Shown: piece by piece, positions 11,652 through 22,337 of the stretch | Layout: every line of letters begins with the position of its first letter | Position numbering within the stretch: the stretch's first letter is position 1 | From: a virus | Length of the DNA: 64,000 nucleotides | IMG/VR virus record: IMGVR_UViG_3300017991_000052 | Direction: 5' to 3' (one strand) | The notes under the pieces: generated by a model | What the model was told of the DNA's origin: nothing | What the model saw: the letters and a program-made list of their open reading frames with translations, nothing else | The model's database searches: none | Program-made: the position numbers and the translations under genes

Positions 11652-12431
11652 ATGAATAAAGTATTAATATGTGTTACAAGTTGTAATAGACAACCATATA
11701 CAAAACAATGTTTAGAATCTTTATTAAATAATACAGATGAGCCATTTGATTTAATCATTATTGATAATGGGTCTGCACAACCATCATTAGATTTATTAAA
11801 GAATTTTGAAGGTAAAGTTTTTAAAAATGGAACAACATGTGATGTAGTTTATAATAAAACAAATAGAGGTGTTGCACCAGCTCTTAATCAAGGTTTAAGA
11901 AAAATAAAACCTAATCAACACTTTATGAAACTGGATAACGACATGGTAATTCCAGATAATCATAGAACTTGGTTAACTGAAATGATTGATATTTTAGAAA
12001 ATAACCAAGAGAATATTAGAATAGTTGCATTATCCCCGTTTGTTTATGAAAGAAAAGATCACTTTAGAAGACGTAATATTATTTTAAATAATAATCATGA
12101 ATATAAAATTGAAGATCCAACAGGATCTCCAGTATTAGGTCCAGGAAAACTTGTTCATAATGAAGTGATAAGAGCAATTGGAGCATATAATGAAACATTT
12201 GGTAAATATGGATATGAAGATACTGATTATGCGTTGAGAGCATTAAGAATGGGATTTAGAAATATTTATTATTCTGAATGTAAAGCAAAACATATTGATG
12301 ATGAGCAATTGCCAGAAAGTAAAGATTGGAGGGGATTTAAAGATTCTCAATTAAGAAGATCTGCACAGAAAGTAAGTGCAGCTAGAATTGAATATGCTCA
12401 TGATAGGAGTAAAGTAAGAATACCGCTATAA
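11652..12431 (+). CDS. GT2 glycosyltransferase
   Basis: IIDNGS, FMKLDND, YGYEDTD. Confidence 0.9.
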   Translation: MNKVLICVTSCNRQPYTKQCLESLLNNTDEPFDLIIIDNGSAQPSLDLLKNFEGKVFKNGTTCDVVYNKTNRGVAPALNQGLRKIKPNQHFMKLDNDMVIPDNHRTWLTEMIDILENNQENIRIVALSPFVYERKDHFRRRNIILNNNHEYKIEDPTGSPVLGPGKLVHNEVIRAIGAYNETFGKYGYEDTDYALRALRMGFRNIYYSECKAKHIDDEQLPESKDWRGFKDSQLRRSAQKVSAARIEYAHDRSKVRIPL

Positions 12432-12964
12432 AGGGGGAAAGTAATGCCAAGATTAGAAAATTGCATTGATATGCCAGTAAAGCGCTTAGTTGCATTAATG
12501 AATTTATATGGACTTGAAACGACATGGTCTTGTTGCGGATTTAATAATGGAGAACAAAATAAAGATCATGTTTTAGGATTACCACAAATTTGGGTAAAAT
12601 TAGATAATGAAAGTTATAATAAAATAATAAGATTATTAGATAGTGAAATATTTGGTGCTACAGGTGAATGGAATATAATGATCAGAAAAATGGGGTATCA
12701 ACAACCATTAGGATTCTTTCATTGTAATTATCAAAATAGAACACAACAATTTTGGAATGATCCAAGTTCTCCGCATTATCATGAAAGAATGAATGTTGCA
12801 ATTAGGCATTTAGAAGATAAATTATTAGAATTTAAAAATGAATTTAGAGATGAAGCAATTATTAAAGATCAAAATACGCATATGAGACAACAAATGCCAG
12901 GATGGAATGCTAAACCAGCTCGAGATTGGGTAGTCAATAAAGAGCAGATATTGAGGTTATTTAA

Positions 12965-13348
12965 ATGAAAAGATTAGTACAATATAGAATTTGGATTTAT
13001 GAAACAAAACAAATGATTCCACTTCCTCCAATTGGTGAAGAAAAATGTGATGGGCATAGAACTGGATATGCTTCTTATACTGGTAAGTATACAGATATGG
13101 AATGGTTACAAAATACTGGATTACAAGATAAAAATAATGAATATATATATGAAGGAGATATAGTTGAATATGAATTTATTGATGGGCATGGAATAGGGTA
13201 TATAGAATGGATAGATGAAAAAGCAAGATTTGTATGGATTGATATAAAAGATTGCGGAGATGGATATGGGATTCATCAACCAGATAAAAATAGAATGGAA
13301 ATATTAGGTAATATTTATGAACATCCTGAAATGTTAGAAGGAGCATAA
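12965..13348 (+). CDS. YopX-family protein
   Basis: QNTGLQDKNNEYIYEGDIV...EILGNIYEHPEML. Confidence 0.85.
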   Translation: MKRLVQYRIWIYETKQMIPLPPIGEEKCDGHRTGYASYTGKYTDMEWLQNTGLQDKNNEYIYEGDIVEYEFIDGHGIGYIEWIDEKARFVWIDIKDCGDGYGIHQPDKNRMEILGNIYEHPEMLEGA

Positions 13349-14097
13349 TGAATAAAATTCTTATTGGGATGTTAACTTATAATAGAATAGAAATGACGAA
13401 AAAAGCTATAGAAGCTTTATTTAAATGTACAAATCCAATATTTGATTTATATATTTTTGATAATGGGTCTATAGATGGGACTCTTAAATATTTAGAGAGC
13501 CTAAAATATAATTTTAAAGTTCTTAGCCAACCAATTAATATTGGTGTAGCAAAAGGGTTAAATTTTATTCTAGAACATAGAAAACCAGAACAGCACTTTA
13601 TGAAATTAGATAATGATATGGTGTTAGAAACAGATGATAAAGATTGGTTAAATAAAATGTGCGATATTTTAGAAGCTCCTTGGAATGCAAAAACCCCAGA
13701 TCATAAAGATGTTAAATTAGGAGCGCTTGGATTAAAACCTTATAAATTAGTTCCAGAACATAAAAATAAAGTTACAATAAATGGATATACATTAGAACTT
13801 CCACCAGAAGGGACATTAGGATGTGCTACTGTTTGGAAAAATGAAGCTTTAAATAGAATAGGAAAATTTGTTGAAGATTTTGGTACATATGGATATGAAG
13901 ATTCTATTCAAAATACAAGATTAGGAGTTGTTGGATATATTACTGCTTTTTGGCCAGATATAAAAATAGTTCATATAGATCCAGGTGGAGAAACTGATTA
14001 TATGAAATCTAAACATAAAGCTGCAAGAGATAATTATCAAAAATACCTTGAAGTACATAAAGCATTTGTTAATAAAACAAGATCAGTAAAAATATGA
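13348..14097 (+). CDS. GT2 glycosyltransferase (paralog of 11652)
   Basis: FDNGSIDGT, QHFMKLDNDM shared with 11652, YGYED. Confidence 0.9.
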   Translation: MNKILIGMLTYNRIEMTKKAIEALFKCTNPIFDLYIFDNGSIDGTLKYLESLKYNFKVLSQPINIGVAKGLNFILEHRKPEQHFMKLDNDMVLETDDKDWLNKMCDILEAPWNAKTPDHKDVKLGALGLKPYKLVPEHKNKVTINGYTLELPPEGTLGCATVWKNEALNRIGKFVEDFGTYGYEDSIQNTRLGVVGYITAFWPDIKIVHIDPGGETDYMKSKHKAARDNYQKYLEVHKAFVNKTRSVKI

Positions 14098-14447
14098 AGA
14101 AAAAAACTAAAAGAAAATATGATGGATTATTTTTTGAAACAATGTATGATCTTTTAGATCTTTTTGGAAAAACTAATAATAAATGGCATATCTTACTAGT
14201 TGGTAAATGGATCTTTTGGAAATTTAAAGTTAAGTTATTTTTTAAAGATATAGTATACAAATGGAAGAAAAGAAAAAAAAGATAAAAAATTTAATAATGC
14301 GGCCATTAGGTAAGTTGATAAAAAAATATCAACAAAAAATGAAAGCATGTGTATTTTATGAATCTTTTATATATCATAGCCTTGTATATGATTTAGAACA
14401 GGTTATAAAAAAGTATCAAGAAGATTTTGAAAAATGGAGTAAGAATA

Positions 14448-15302
14448 ATGAGTAATGTTATTAGATACTGTCATAAATGCATAAAAGCTGTTGATATAAA
14501 TAATGAAGATCAAGTTGAATATCGATTAATGGGTGAAGGATGGGGAAATCTTAAAGCTTATTATTGCAAAGATTGCGGCACTATAATAGCTGCAACTAGA
14601 TATTGGCCAATGAAAAAGGAGTTGTTAGAATTGGATAAAATTAAATGTGATATTATAATCCCTTCCGGAAAAACATCAGCCCTAACTCAACGTTGTGTCG
14701 ATAGTATTCTACAAAATAATAATGGAATGGATTATGAAATTACTATTGTTGATAATGGTAGTAACCCAAAATTAGAAATTAATCATCCTAAAGTAAAGAT
14801 CTTAAGATATGAAGAAAGTTTATATTTTTCTAAAGCAGTTAATGAGGGAATAATTAATACTAAAAATGAATGGATGGTTATTTTAAATAATGACACCCAG
14901 ATAAAGACAGTTAATTGGCTATATAACTTATATAAATGTTTTAATCATGTCCCCGGCGTTGGTATTGTGTCTCCTATGACTAATTTTATAGCTATTAATG
15001 AAGCTAGATGCCAAAGCATTCAAGAATTGCCACATGAATACAGAGAAGGAACTGTTATAGCTGCAGTATGTTGGTTTACTAATAGAAAAGTATTTGATGA
15101 TATTGGGTTATTTGATGATCAATTTAAAAATTCACATGATGATGCAGATATGTGTGCTAGATTGAGAGAGAAAGGGTACAGAATGTTTATTGACGGATTC
15201 ACTTGGATTCATCATATAGGTAGTCAAAGTGTTATAAGAGTTCCTGGATATGCAAAAGATTTTATGGATAATGCTACTAAATTTAAAAAGAAATGGGGAT
15301 GA
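14448..15302 (+). CDS. GT2 glycosyltransferase with N-terminal Zn ribbon
   Basis: CHKC..CKDC; VDNGS, LNNDT, HDDADMC. Confidence 0.85.
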   Translation: MSNVIRYCHKCIKAVDINNEDQVEYRLMGEGWGNLKAYYCKDCGTIIAATRYWPMKKELLELDKIKCDIIIPSGKTSALTQRCVDSILQNNNGMDYEITIVDNGSNPKLEINHPKVKILRYEESLYFSKAVNEGIINTKNEWMVILNNDTQIKTVNWLYNLYKCFNHVPGVGIVSPMTNFIAINEARCQSIQELPHEYREGTVIAAVCWFTNRKVFDDIGLFDDQFKNSHDDADMCARLREKGYRMFIDGFTWIHHIGSQSVIRVPGYAKDFMDNATKFKKKWG

Positions 15303-15416
15303 ACATGACAGTAGAACCATTATTTGCATTGGGATTTTTGTTTGGAGTTATTTGTGGTATTATTTTAGCGCTTCTTAGTATAGTTGCTGTAGTGAGAAAA
15401 TCATTAGGGACATAAT

Positions 15417-16184
15417 ATGAAAGAAATAGATATAATAGTAGGATATTGTGAAAAAGTTAATAGCACAATAAGGCTTTTAAAAAGCTTAGAAAATATTTAC
15501 ACTAATCATTTGATATTAGTTGATAATGCAACATCAAAAGAAGAAAATGATAAACTAGATAATTATTTAAAAGATAAATGGAAAGATATAACAAAAATTA
15601 GATTAGAAACATTAATTGGTATTCCTGCTACATATAATAAAGCATTAGAGAAAATAAAATATAAATATGCTTTCTTTATTCATAATGATATGGAATTATT
15701 TGATTCAGAATGGCAAAATAAAATGTTTGATTTTATTAATAATAATGAAAGAGTTGGTTTATTAGCTTTAGCGGGGAGACAAACAATTTTAAATTGGGGT
15801 GTAGCAGATGAAGGAACAACAAAACATAATATGCGTCATTTAATTCAAGCAAAAATTCATTATCCAATGAAAGCACCATTTGAAAAAGTTGCAGTGATTG
15901 ATGGTTGTGGTTTTATAATGAATACAGAAATGAATTTAAAATTTGATGAGCGTTATTTAGTGCATCATTATTATGATCTTGATATTTCTATGCAAGTATA
16001 TGAAAGGGGATTTGAATGTTGGGCATGTAATGTCGAATGTGAACATTGGGGTGATATAGAGGGGAGTACTCGGCATGTCAAACAGTATAAGGATGCAATT
16101 AATAATGATTCAGGATTGCTTATAAACAATCGACAAAAATTTGTCGAAAAATGGAAAGGTAAATTACCTTTTAGCGTAAAATAG
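15417..16184 (+). CDS. GT2 glycosyltransferase
   Basis: LVDNA, FIHNDM, VIDGC, HYYDLDIS. Confidence 0.85.
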   Translation: MKEIDIIVGYCEKVNSTIRLLKSLENIYTNHLILVDNATSKEENDKLDNYLKDKWKDITKIRLETLIGIPATYNKALEKIKYKYAFFIHNDMELFDSEWQNKMFDFINNNERVGLLALAGRQTILNWGVADEGTTKHNMRHLIQAKIHYPMKAPFEKVAVIDGCGFIMNTEMNLKFDERYLVHHYYDLDISMQVYERGFECWACNVECEHWGDIEGSTRHVKQYKDAINNDSGLLINNRQKFVEKWKGKLPFSVK

Positions 16185-16940
16185 TTTTTTAAACTAAAAA
16201 AATGTGATATAATACCAAACTTCTGAAAGGGGTTTTTATGAGACTGAACGAGTATGCAGGATTTGTAGAAGTTGATACAGAATTTAATTATGAAGCCCGC
16301 GTAGAAATTTATGATTCTATAGATATTCCACAATATATAATTGATATAGAAAACGAATATGACCAGTTAATGGAAGAACAAAATTATGTTTTAGCTCAGG
16401 GGGAATATGATCGTTTTACTGCAAAGTGGGCAAGAGTACACGATTGGTTTTCAATGAAGAGATCTCAATCAGAATATTTAGTTGCATTAATTGAATCTCA
16501 AATAGAAGAAATGAAAACCCAAGGAAGAATAGAGGCTCCACAGCAACGTAAATCATTAAGAGATAAAGAAAGGTGGTTAGAAGAAACTAATACAGAATTT
16601 AGTAAATTAAAAAAACTTTTACCAAGAGCAAAAGGTTATCATGGATTTTTTATTAATAAATTAGAAAGTGTAAAGATAAAACATTATAATTGTAAATCAA
16701 TGAGCAGATCAATTGATGGCGATAGGGGAATTGAAAGTCATCCATGAATACACAGTTAAAAGAAAAAATAGCACTCGAGCTTGAACCATATATTGATGAG
16801 TGGTTCGCGAGAATTAAAAAAGTAAAAGATAAAAAAGGATTTGCAACAATCCAATTAAACGCAAAGGCTATAATACAAGATGGAAAAGTAACTCAATTAA
16901 CTTTTAATGATGAACATTTAAAAATCAAGGAGGAAGATGC

Positions 16941-17159
16941 ATGATCACTATTTATACTTTACCTGGTTGCGGGAAATGTACTGATATAAAAAAAATAATG
17001 AAAAGTAAAAAAATAGAATTTGAAGAAATTGATATGAGTAATCCAGATAATTTAACTGATTTAGTTATAGAGGGCATTGATATTTCTCATGCTCCAATTA
17101 TAAAAAAAGATGGTAAATTTATAACGAGCAAACAAGGAATATTTAAAGAATTAACATAA
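16941..17159 (+). CDS. Glutaredoxin/NrdH-like redoxin
   Basis: IYTLPGCGKC...HAPII; directly upstream of nrdD. Confidence 0.8.
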   Translation: MITIYTLPGCGKCTDIKKIMKSKKIEFEEIDMSNPDNLTDLVIEGIDISHAPIIKKDGKFITSKQGIFKELT

Positions 17160-17168
17160 GGAGAAATA

Positions 17169-19382
17169 ATGCCCAAAAAACTTAAAGTCGTTAAAAAACA
17201 ACGAAAAACATCAGATACCACAGATTTATCTTTAAATGTCGAATCTCTTTCAGAATATGAAATGATTACCGAATGGGATAGAGAACGTGTTGTTGAAAGT
17301 TTAAAAAAGGAAGCCAATATTGGAGAAAAATTAGCAAATAAAATTGCTGATACAATTGAAGATAAATTATTAAAATTAGAAGTCAAAAAAGTAACAACAG
17401 ATTTTATTAGATCTTTGATAGATGAAGAATTATTGATAAGAGGCGAAAAGAAAAAATTATTAAAACAAAAATCTCTTTCAATACCTACTTATGATTTAGA
17501 ACAATCTCTTTTTAGTAAAACAAATGAGAATAGTAATGTTCAGGCAAATAATCCTGAAGCAGTTAATATGTTTATTGCTGAAAGCGTTTTAAAACAATAT
17601 GCTTTAAACAGAGTATTTTCACAAGAAGTATCTAATGCTCATTTAGAAGGGGAAGTACATATTCATGATCTTGGGTATATAACAAGAACATATTGTAGTT
17701 CTCATAGTTTAGAATATATAAAAAAGTATGGATTAAATCTTATTAATCTTTCAACTAAATCTGCTCCACCAAAACATGCATTAACTTTAACTGGTCATCT
17801 TAATACTTTTTTAGCAAGTATACAAGCTTATTATGCGGGAGCACTTGGGTTAGGATTTTTAAATATTTTTTATGCACCATTATTAATTGGAATGGGGATA
17901 AAAGAATTAAAACAACAAGCTCAATATTTGATTTTTAGTTGTTCACAAAATGCATTTAGTCGCGGTGGACAAACCTTATTTATTGATTTTAATATTCATT
18001 TAGGAATACCAACTACTTTAAGAAATGTTCCTGCTATTGTAAGAGAAGGTAAATATTGCAATGAGATTATAATTGAAGATGATCATTTTAATGAATATTG
18101 TAAAGATGAAAAAGGATATCGAAGAGTAATGAGAGATGAAGAATCATTTCGTCGTGATTGTTGGATTTTGACTCCCGAAAGAAGAGAATTAACTCATGAA
18201 GAGATTTTAAAATATTATGAGTTATTTCCATTAAGTTATACGCCAACTGAGACAATGGCTGATTTAATAAGACAAAAAAAATATAGAGTAAAATTATTAA
18301 CTTATGATGATTTTGAAGTTCAAGCTAGAGCTTTTGCATTAGCATTAATGAAAGTATGGCATGAAGGGGATTTTAATGGAAGTATTTTTCCATTTCCTAA
18401 ATTTGATTTACATATAAATCAAGAATGTTACGATAATCAAATTCAACGCGATGCTTTAATGTATGCATGTGAAATGGCAGCAGATAAAGGAATTCCATAT
18501 TTCTTTTTTGATAGAAGTGAAACCCAACTTGCTCAATGTTGTAGATTAAGGGAGACAGTTAATGATATGAGTATGTTAGAAATGCCTGAAAAATTAAGAT
18601 TTACTGGATTTCAAAATGTTACTATTAATTTACCTCAATGTGCTTATCGAGCAAAAGGTGATCTAAAGAAGACTATTGAAGAAATTAAATATTGTATGGA
18701 TATTGCCATGAAAGCGCATGAACAAAAAAGAAAATTTATACAAGCTTTAATGGAAGATGAACATCGACCAATGTGGCAAGTTGGTAAAATTTCATTAGAT
18801 GGTGAAAGATATGTAAATTTAGATAAAGCTACTTATATTATTGGAGTAATTGGATTAAATGAATGTGTGAAAAAAATAATAGGTAGCCAATTACATGAAT
18901 CAGATGAAGCATATAAAATGGGTATACAAATTATTTCTCATATGTATTCTTATACTAAAAATTTAGCTAAAGAATATGAAATGAAAGTTGTTTTAGAAGA
19001 ATCACCAGCTGAAAGTGCGGCTGCGAGATTGGCAAAAATTGATGTAGTTAAATATGAAGAAGCTAAAGATTATGTTAAAGGAAATCAAGAAAATGGAGAT
19101 ATATATTACTCCAATTCTGTTCATTTTGCAGCAGAAGCAGACATTGATATTTTAGAAAGAATTGAAAAACAGGGGAAATTTCATCAATTGATTGAAGCTG
19201 GGGCTATTACTCATGTTTTCTTAGGGGAACAAAGACCAACTAAAGAAGCTATTTTTAATTTAATAGAAAAAACATGGAGTAATACACAAACTGCGCAATT
19301 AACTATAAGCCCAGAATTAATTGTATGTCATGATTGTGGAAGAATAACAAGGGGATTTTCATCTGAAGACGAAGAAGAATAA
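17169..19382 (+). CDS. nrdD: Anaerobic (class III) ribonucleotide reductase, large part lacking the glycyl-radical tail
   Basis: ATP cone, HIHDLG, YCSSH, SRGGQ, AQCCRL, TINLP, ESPAES, YYSNS; ends CHDCG..FSSEDEEE with no RxxGY. Confidence 0.92.
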   Translation: MPKKLKVVKKQRKTSDTTDLSLNVESLSEYEMITEWDRERVVESLKKEANIGEKLANKIADTIEDKLLKLEVKKVTTDFIRSLIDEELLIRGEKKKLLKQKSLSIPTYDLEQSLFSKTNENSNVQANNPEAVNMFIAESVLKQYALNRVFSQEVSNAHLEGEVHIHDLGYITRTYCSSHSLEYIKKYGLNLINLSTKSAPPKHALTLTGHLNTFLASIQAYYAGALGLGFLNIFYAPLLIGMGIKELKQQAQYLIFSCSQNAFSRGGQTLFIDFNIHLGIPTTLRNVPAIVREGKYCNEIIIEDDHFNEYCKDEKGYRRVMRDEESFRRDCWILTPERRELTHEEILKYYELFPLSYTPTETMADLIRQKKYRVKLLTYDDFEVQARAFALALMKVWHEGDFNGSIFPFPKFDLHINQECYDNQIQRDALMYACEMAADKGIPYFFFDRSETQLAQCCRLRETVNDMSMLEMPEKLRFTGFQNVTINLPQCAYRAKGDLKKTIEEIKYCMDIAMKAHEQKRKFIQALMEDEHRPMWQVGKISLDGERYVNLDKATYIIGVIGLNECVKKIIGSQLHESDEAYKMGIQIISHMYSYTKNLAKEYEMKVVLEESPAESAAARLAKIDVVKYEEAKDYVKGNQENGDIYYSNSVHFAAEADIDILERIEKQGKFHQLIEAGAITHVFLGEQRPTKEAIFNLIEKTWSNTQTAQLTISPELIVCHDCGRITRGFSSEDEEE

Positions 19383-19407
19383 AAAAAAAAATATGGGGGT
19401 GAAATAA

Positions 19408-19548
19408 ATGGTAAAATGTAAGGAATGCGGATCAACAAATGTGAGTTTATTTACAAGAATTGTAGGATATTTTAGTAATATTAAAGTTTGGAATAAGTCA
19501 AAGAAAGAAGAATTAAATGCAAGACAAAAAGGGAATTATAAGTTGTAA
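19408..19548 (+). CDS. Stand-alone NrdD C-terminal glycyl-radical peptide, 46 aa (not in ORF track)
   Basis: MVKCKECGSTNVSLFTRIVGYFSNIKVWNKSKKEELNAR; own SD GGGGGTGA. Confidence 0.9.
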   Translation: MVKCKECGSTNVSLFTRIVGYFSNIKVWNKSKKEELNARQKGNYKL

Positions 19549-19706
19549 TGCACGATATGATTTACCTCGCAATGGTAGTATTATTATTACTAGGGGTAAT
19601 TTTGTATACAATTGTAGAAGCTTTTTGGAGCGGATCAATATGTTTTACTCTGTATGTAATTCTTCTATTTGTAAGTAAATTTATAAAAAAATAAAGAGGT
19701 GCTAGA

Positions 19707-20252
19707 ATGGCTGTGTTAGAAAAAGAAATAAATATGATTGAAGATGAAGAAATTAGGGAAAATACAAGAAAAATATTAAGTAAATATGAAGAAAAGATAA
19801 AAACACAGCCAACTAGTCTTAGTGGTAAGTATCATAAAAGTGATCCAATTGTAGAGATTCATTTGAAACGGGCTTTTTGGTTTGTTGTTGAATTATGTAG
19901 AGAATTTAAAATTGAAGATATTCAAAAAGATATTTTATTTTCAGCTATTTTATTACACGATATAGGTGTTTATGAATATGCTCATAAGGGGAATGTTGAA
20001 GGATGTATTGCATATTTCCCTGAAACTGGATGGTGTAAAATGAAAGATTCGTCAACACATCCATTAGATGGACAACTATTAATTGCTCAAACTCCTTTTA
20101 AATATTCTGATAAAATAGGTAAATTAATATCTGAACATATGAGTCATTGGTATAGAGGGATATCTCCAGAACCAGATTGTTTATGTAGTTATATTATTTG
20201 CATCGCTGATTATTTAGCTTCAAGAGAAAGCATAAAAATAGAGGGGATCTAA
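19707..20252 (+). CDS. HD-domain phosphohydrolase
   Basis: H..AILLHDIG..H..HM..ADY. Confidence 0.8.
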   Translation: MAVLEKEINMIEDEEIRENTRKILSKYEEKIKTQPTSLSGKYHKSDPIVEIHLKRAFWFVVELCREFKIEDIQKDILFSAILLHDIGVYEYAHKGNVEGCIAYFPETGWCKMKDSSTHPLDGQLLIAQTPFKYSDKIGKLISEHMSHWYRGISPEPDCLCSYIICIADYLASRESIKIEGI

Positions 20253-20933
20253 ATGGAAATAAAAGGTTGGCATAAAGTAAGTCTCATTGATTATCCGGAA
20301 AAAGTAAGTACTTTAATATTCACTTATGGATGTAATTTAAGATGTCCTTATTGTCATAATCCGGAATTAGTTTTAAAGCGTTATAAAAAGCATTTACAAA
20401 ATATAAAGGAATGTGATATAATAGAATTTATTAAAAAGAAGAATGCAAACAAAAAATGGATTGATGGAATTTCTATATGCGGAGGGGAACCAACAATCCA
20501 AAATGATTTAATAAACTTCTGTAAAAAAATTAAAGATGAATTGGGGATAAAAATAAAGATAGATACAAACGGAACGAATCCCACTGTATTAAAAAAATTA
20601 ATAGATAATAAATTGGTTGATTATATTGCTATGGATGTAAAAGTTGATTTATTAAAAGATAAGAAATACAAAAAAAGTGTCGAATTAGTAAAAGAAATGA
20701 AAGATTATGAATTTAGGTTAACAGTTGTTCCTAAATTAATAACAGAAGAAAATATTGAAAAGATCATTGAAAATTTTAAAAATGCTAAAAGATTTTATTT
20801 GCAGAAATTTGAAAAGAGAGGCAATTTATTAAGTAATAGTTATAAAAATATAACCAATTATAAGAAAAATGATTTAGAAAAGATGTGTAAAAAAATAAGT
20901 AAATATTTTAAGAAATGCGAGGTACGGGGGTAA
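20253..20933 (+). CDS. nrdG: Radical-SAM activase of class III RNR
   Basis: SLIDYP, GCNLRCPYCHN, GGEPT, DTNG. Confidence 0.9.
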   Translation: MEIKGWHKVSLIDYPEKVSTLIFTYGCNLRCPYCHNPELVLKRYKKHLQNIKECDIIEFIKKKNANKKWIDGISICGGEPTIQNDLINFCKKIKDELGIKIKIDTNGTNPTVLKKLIDNKLVDYIAMDVKVDLLKDKKYKKSVELVKEMKDYEFRLTVVPKLITEENIEKIIENFKNAKRFYLQKFEKRGNLLSNSYKNITNYKKNDLEKMCKKISKYFKKCEVRG

Positions 20934-21409
20934 TGAAAGCAATAGTTGTCGACATAGATGGAACAATTGCAGATGACAGCAAAAGATTTGAACTCGCTAA
21001 AAATGATAATTATGATGAGAAAGAAGATAATAGTAGAACAGATTATACCGGGATTAATTGGGATAAATACTTTGATGAGATATTAATGTTTAAAGATAAA
21101 CCAAATATAGTTTTAAAAGAGAAAATTGTACAGTATAATAATAATGGTAATAAGATTGTATATTTGACTGGAAGAATGGGAAAACATAGAAATGTAACAG
21201 AGGCATGGCTCGACAAGCATAATTTCCCAAAAGGATTGCTTGTCATGAGAGATAATGGGAATTATGAACATGCCTATGATTATAAGACTAAGAAATTAAA
21301 AAATATAGTACAAATGTATGATGTTGTACATGCTTATGGTGATCGAGATGATGATATACAGGCGTATAAGGATTTTAAAATTCCTTGTACATTAATTAAA
21401 TTCGAATAA
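20933..21409 (+). CDS. HAD phosphatase resembling the Pnk 3'-phosphatase domain
   Basis: VVDIDGTIAD, YLTGR, LVMR, K, GDRDDD. Confidence 0.75.
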   Translation: MKAIVVDIDGTIADDSKRFELAKNDNYDEKEDNSRTDYTGINWDKYFDEILMFKDKPNIVLKEKIVQYNNNGNKIVYLTGRMGKHRNVTEAWLDKHNFPKGLLVMRDNGNYEHAYDYKTKKLKNIVQMYDVVHAYGDRDDDIQAYKDFKIPCTLIKFE

Positions 21410-21426
21410 GAGGAGGTGAGTAAAGT

Positions 21427-21642
21427 ATGGCGAATGTACGTTTCTACAGACTAGGCGGAGATCCAGTTGACACAGAAATCACAGAGAAGATGACAGTTAG
21501 AGCAGCACTGAAAAAGAGTGGAATCAAGTACCAAGAAGGTGATGAAATCCGGGTACAGAACAGCAAAGTTGATTTAGACACAATGATCACTCCTGATCAG
21601 GCACAGTTTGTTACTGCGATCCCGAAAGTACGAGGAGGTTAA
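21427..21642 (+). CDS. Ubiquitin-like (beta-grasp) protein with C-terminal GG
   Basis: 71 aa, TVRAAL, ends IPKVRGG; first gene of E2/JAB/E1 cluster. Confidence 0.85.
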   Translation: MANVRFYRLGGDPVDTEITEKMTVRAALKKSGIKYQEGDEIRVQNSKVDLDTMITPDQAQFVTAIPKVRGG

Positions 21643-21648
21643 TGAGGG

Positions 21649-21700
21649 TAATATATTGGGGGGGGTGGAACCCTTATTAGCACACCCCCTTAATATATTA
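21649..21700 (+). terminator. Stem-loop between Ubl and E2 genes
   Basis: TAATATATT+G-run pairs with C-run+AATATATTA; may attenuate or stabilise the Ubl transcript. Confidence 0.5.
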
Positions 21701-21716
21701 TAAAAAGGAGAAAAAT

Positions 21717-22337
21717 ATGGCAGTAAAGTTAAGTGAAGCAAAAGAACAAGAAAAATATGTTGAAATTTGTGCAATGAGGCATAAAGTTCAAGTTAAAAAT
21801 CTTAAAGAGAAATTAAAAAAAATTGAAAAAGAAACTGCAGATGCTAGTAAGCAATTAATGCTGTTTGTCCGCGCGGAATCTGATACTAGAGAACAACTTA
21901 ACGCGCTCGAGGAAGGCTTTGAAAAACATAAAAATAGATATCAAGAAGAATTTAAAGCTTTAAAAGCTTTAGAGAATTATGAACATATTGATATAACTGA
22001 AATACATGGAAAAGCAGCTCTAATTGGTTATACAGATGAAATTCAAATTGAACATGAAGGCGATATTTATAAAATTGGTAAATTTAGAGTTACAGTTCAA
22101 GATGCACAAATTTTAATTGAAAATATAACTAATAAGAGAAATGGATGTGATCATCCTCATGTTAGAGATGGTCGACCGTGTCTTGGGGATTTAGGCTCAA
22201 CTTTACCAAAATTAATGGGTAAGCATGAATACGCTTTAGTTTTTAATGTTGTTTATAAATACTTAACAAGTTATAATAAGCAAAGTCCTTATCAAAAAAT
22301 TGAAGCTTGGACAAAAAGCAGAAAGAAGGCAAAGTAA
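21717..22337 (+). CDS. Prokaryotic E2-like conjugating enzyme with N-terminal coiled coil
   Basis: HPHVRDGRPCLG matches the E2 HPN..G.ICL catalytic-Cys motif. Confidence 0.75.
   Translation: MAVKLSEAKEQEKYVEICAMRHKVQVKNLKEKLKKIEKETADASKQLMLFVRAESDTREQLNALEEGFEKHKNRYQEEFKALKALENYEHIDITEIHGKAALIGYTDEIQIEHEGDIYKIGKFRVTVQDAQILIENITNKRNGCDHPHVRDGRPCLGDLGSTLPKLMGKHEYALVFNVVYKYLTSYNKQSPYQKIEAWTKSRKKAK

Noticed and set aside
19381-19407. Homopolymer frameshift explaining split nrdD
   Set aside because: The nrdD stop begins at the start of the A-run, and an in-frame TAA directly precedes the second ORF, which has its own SD.
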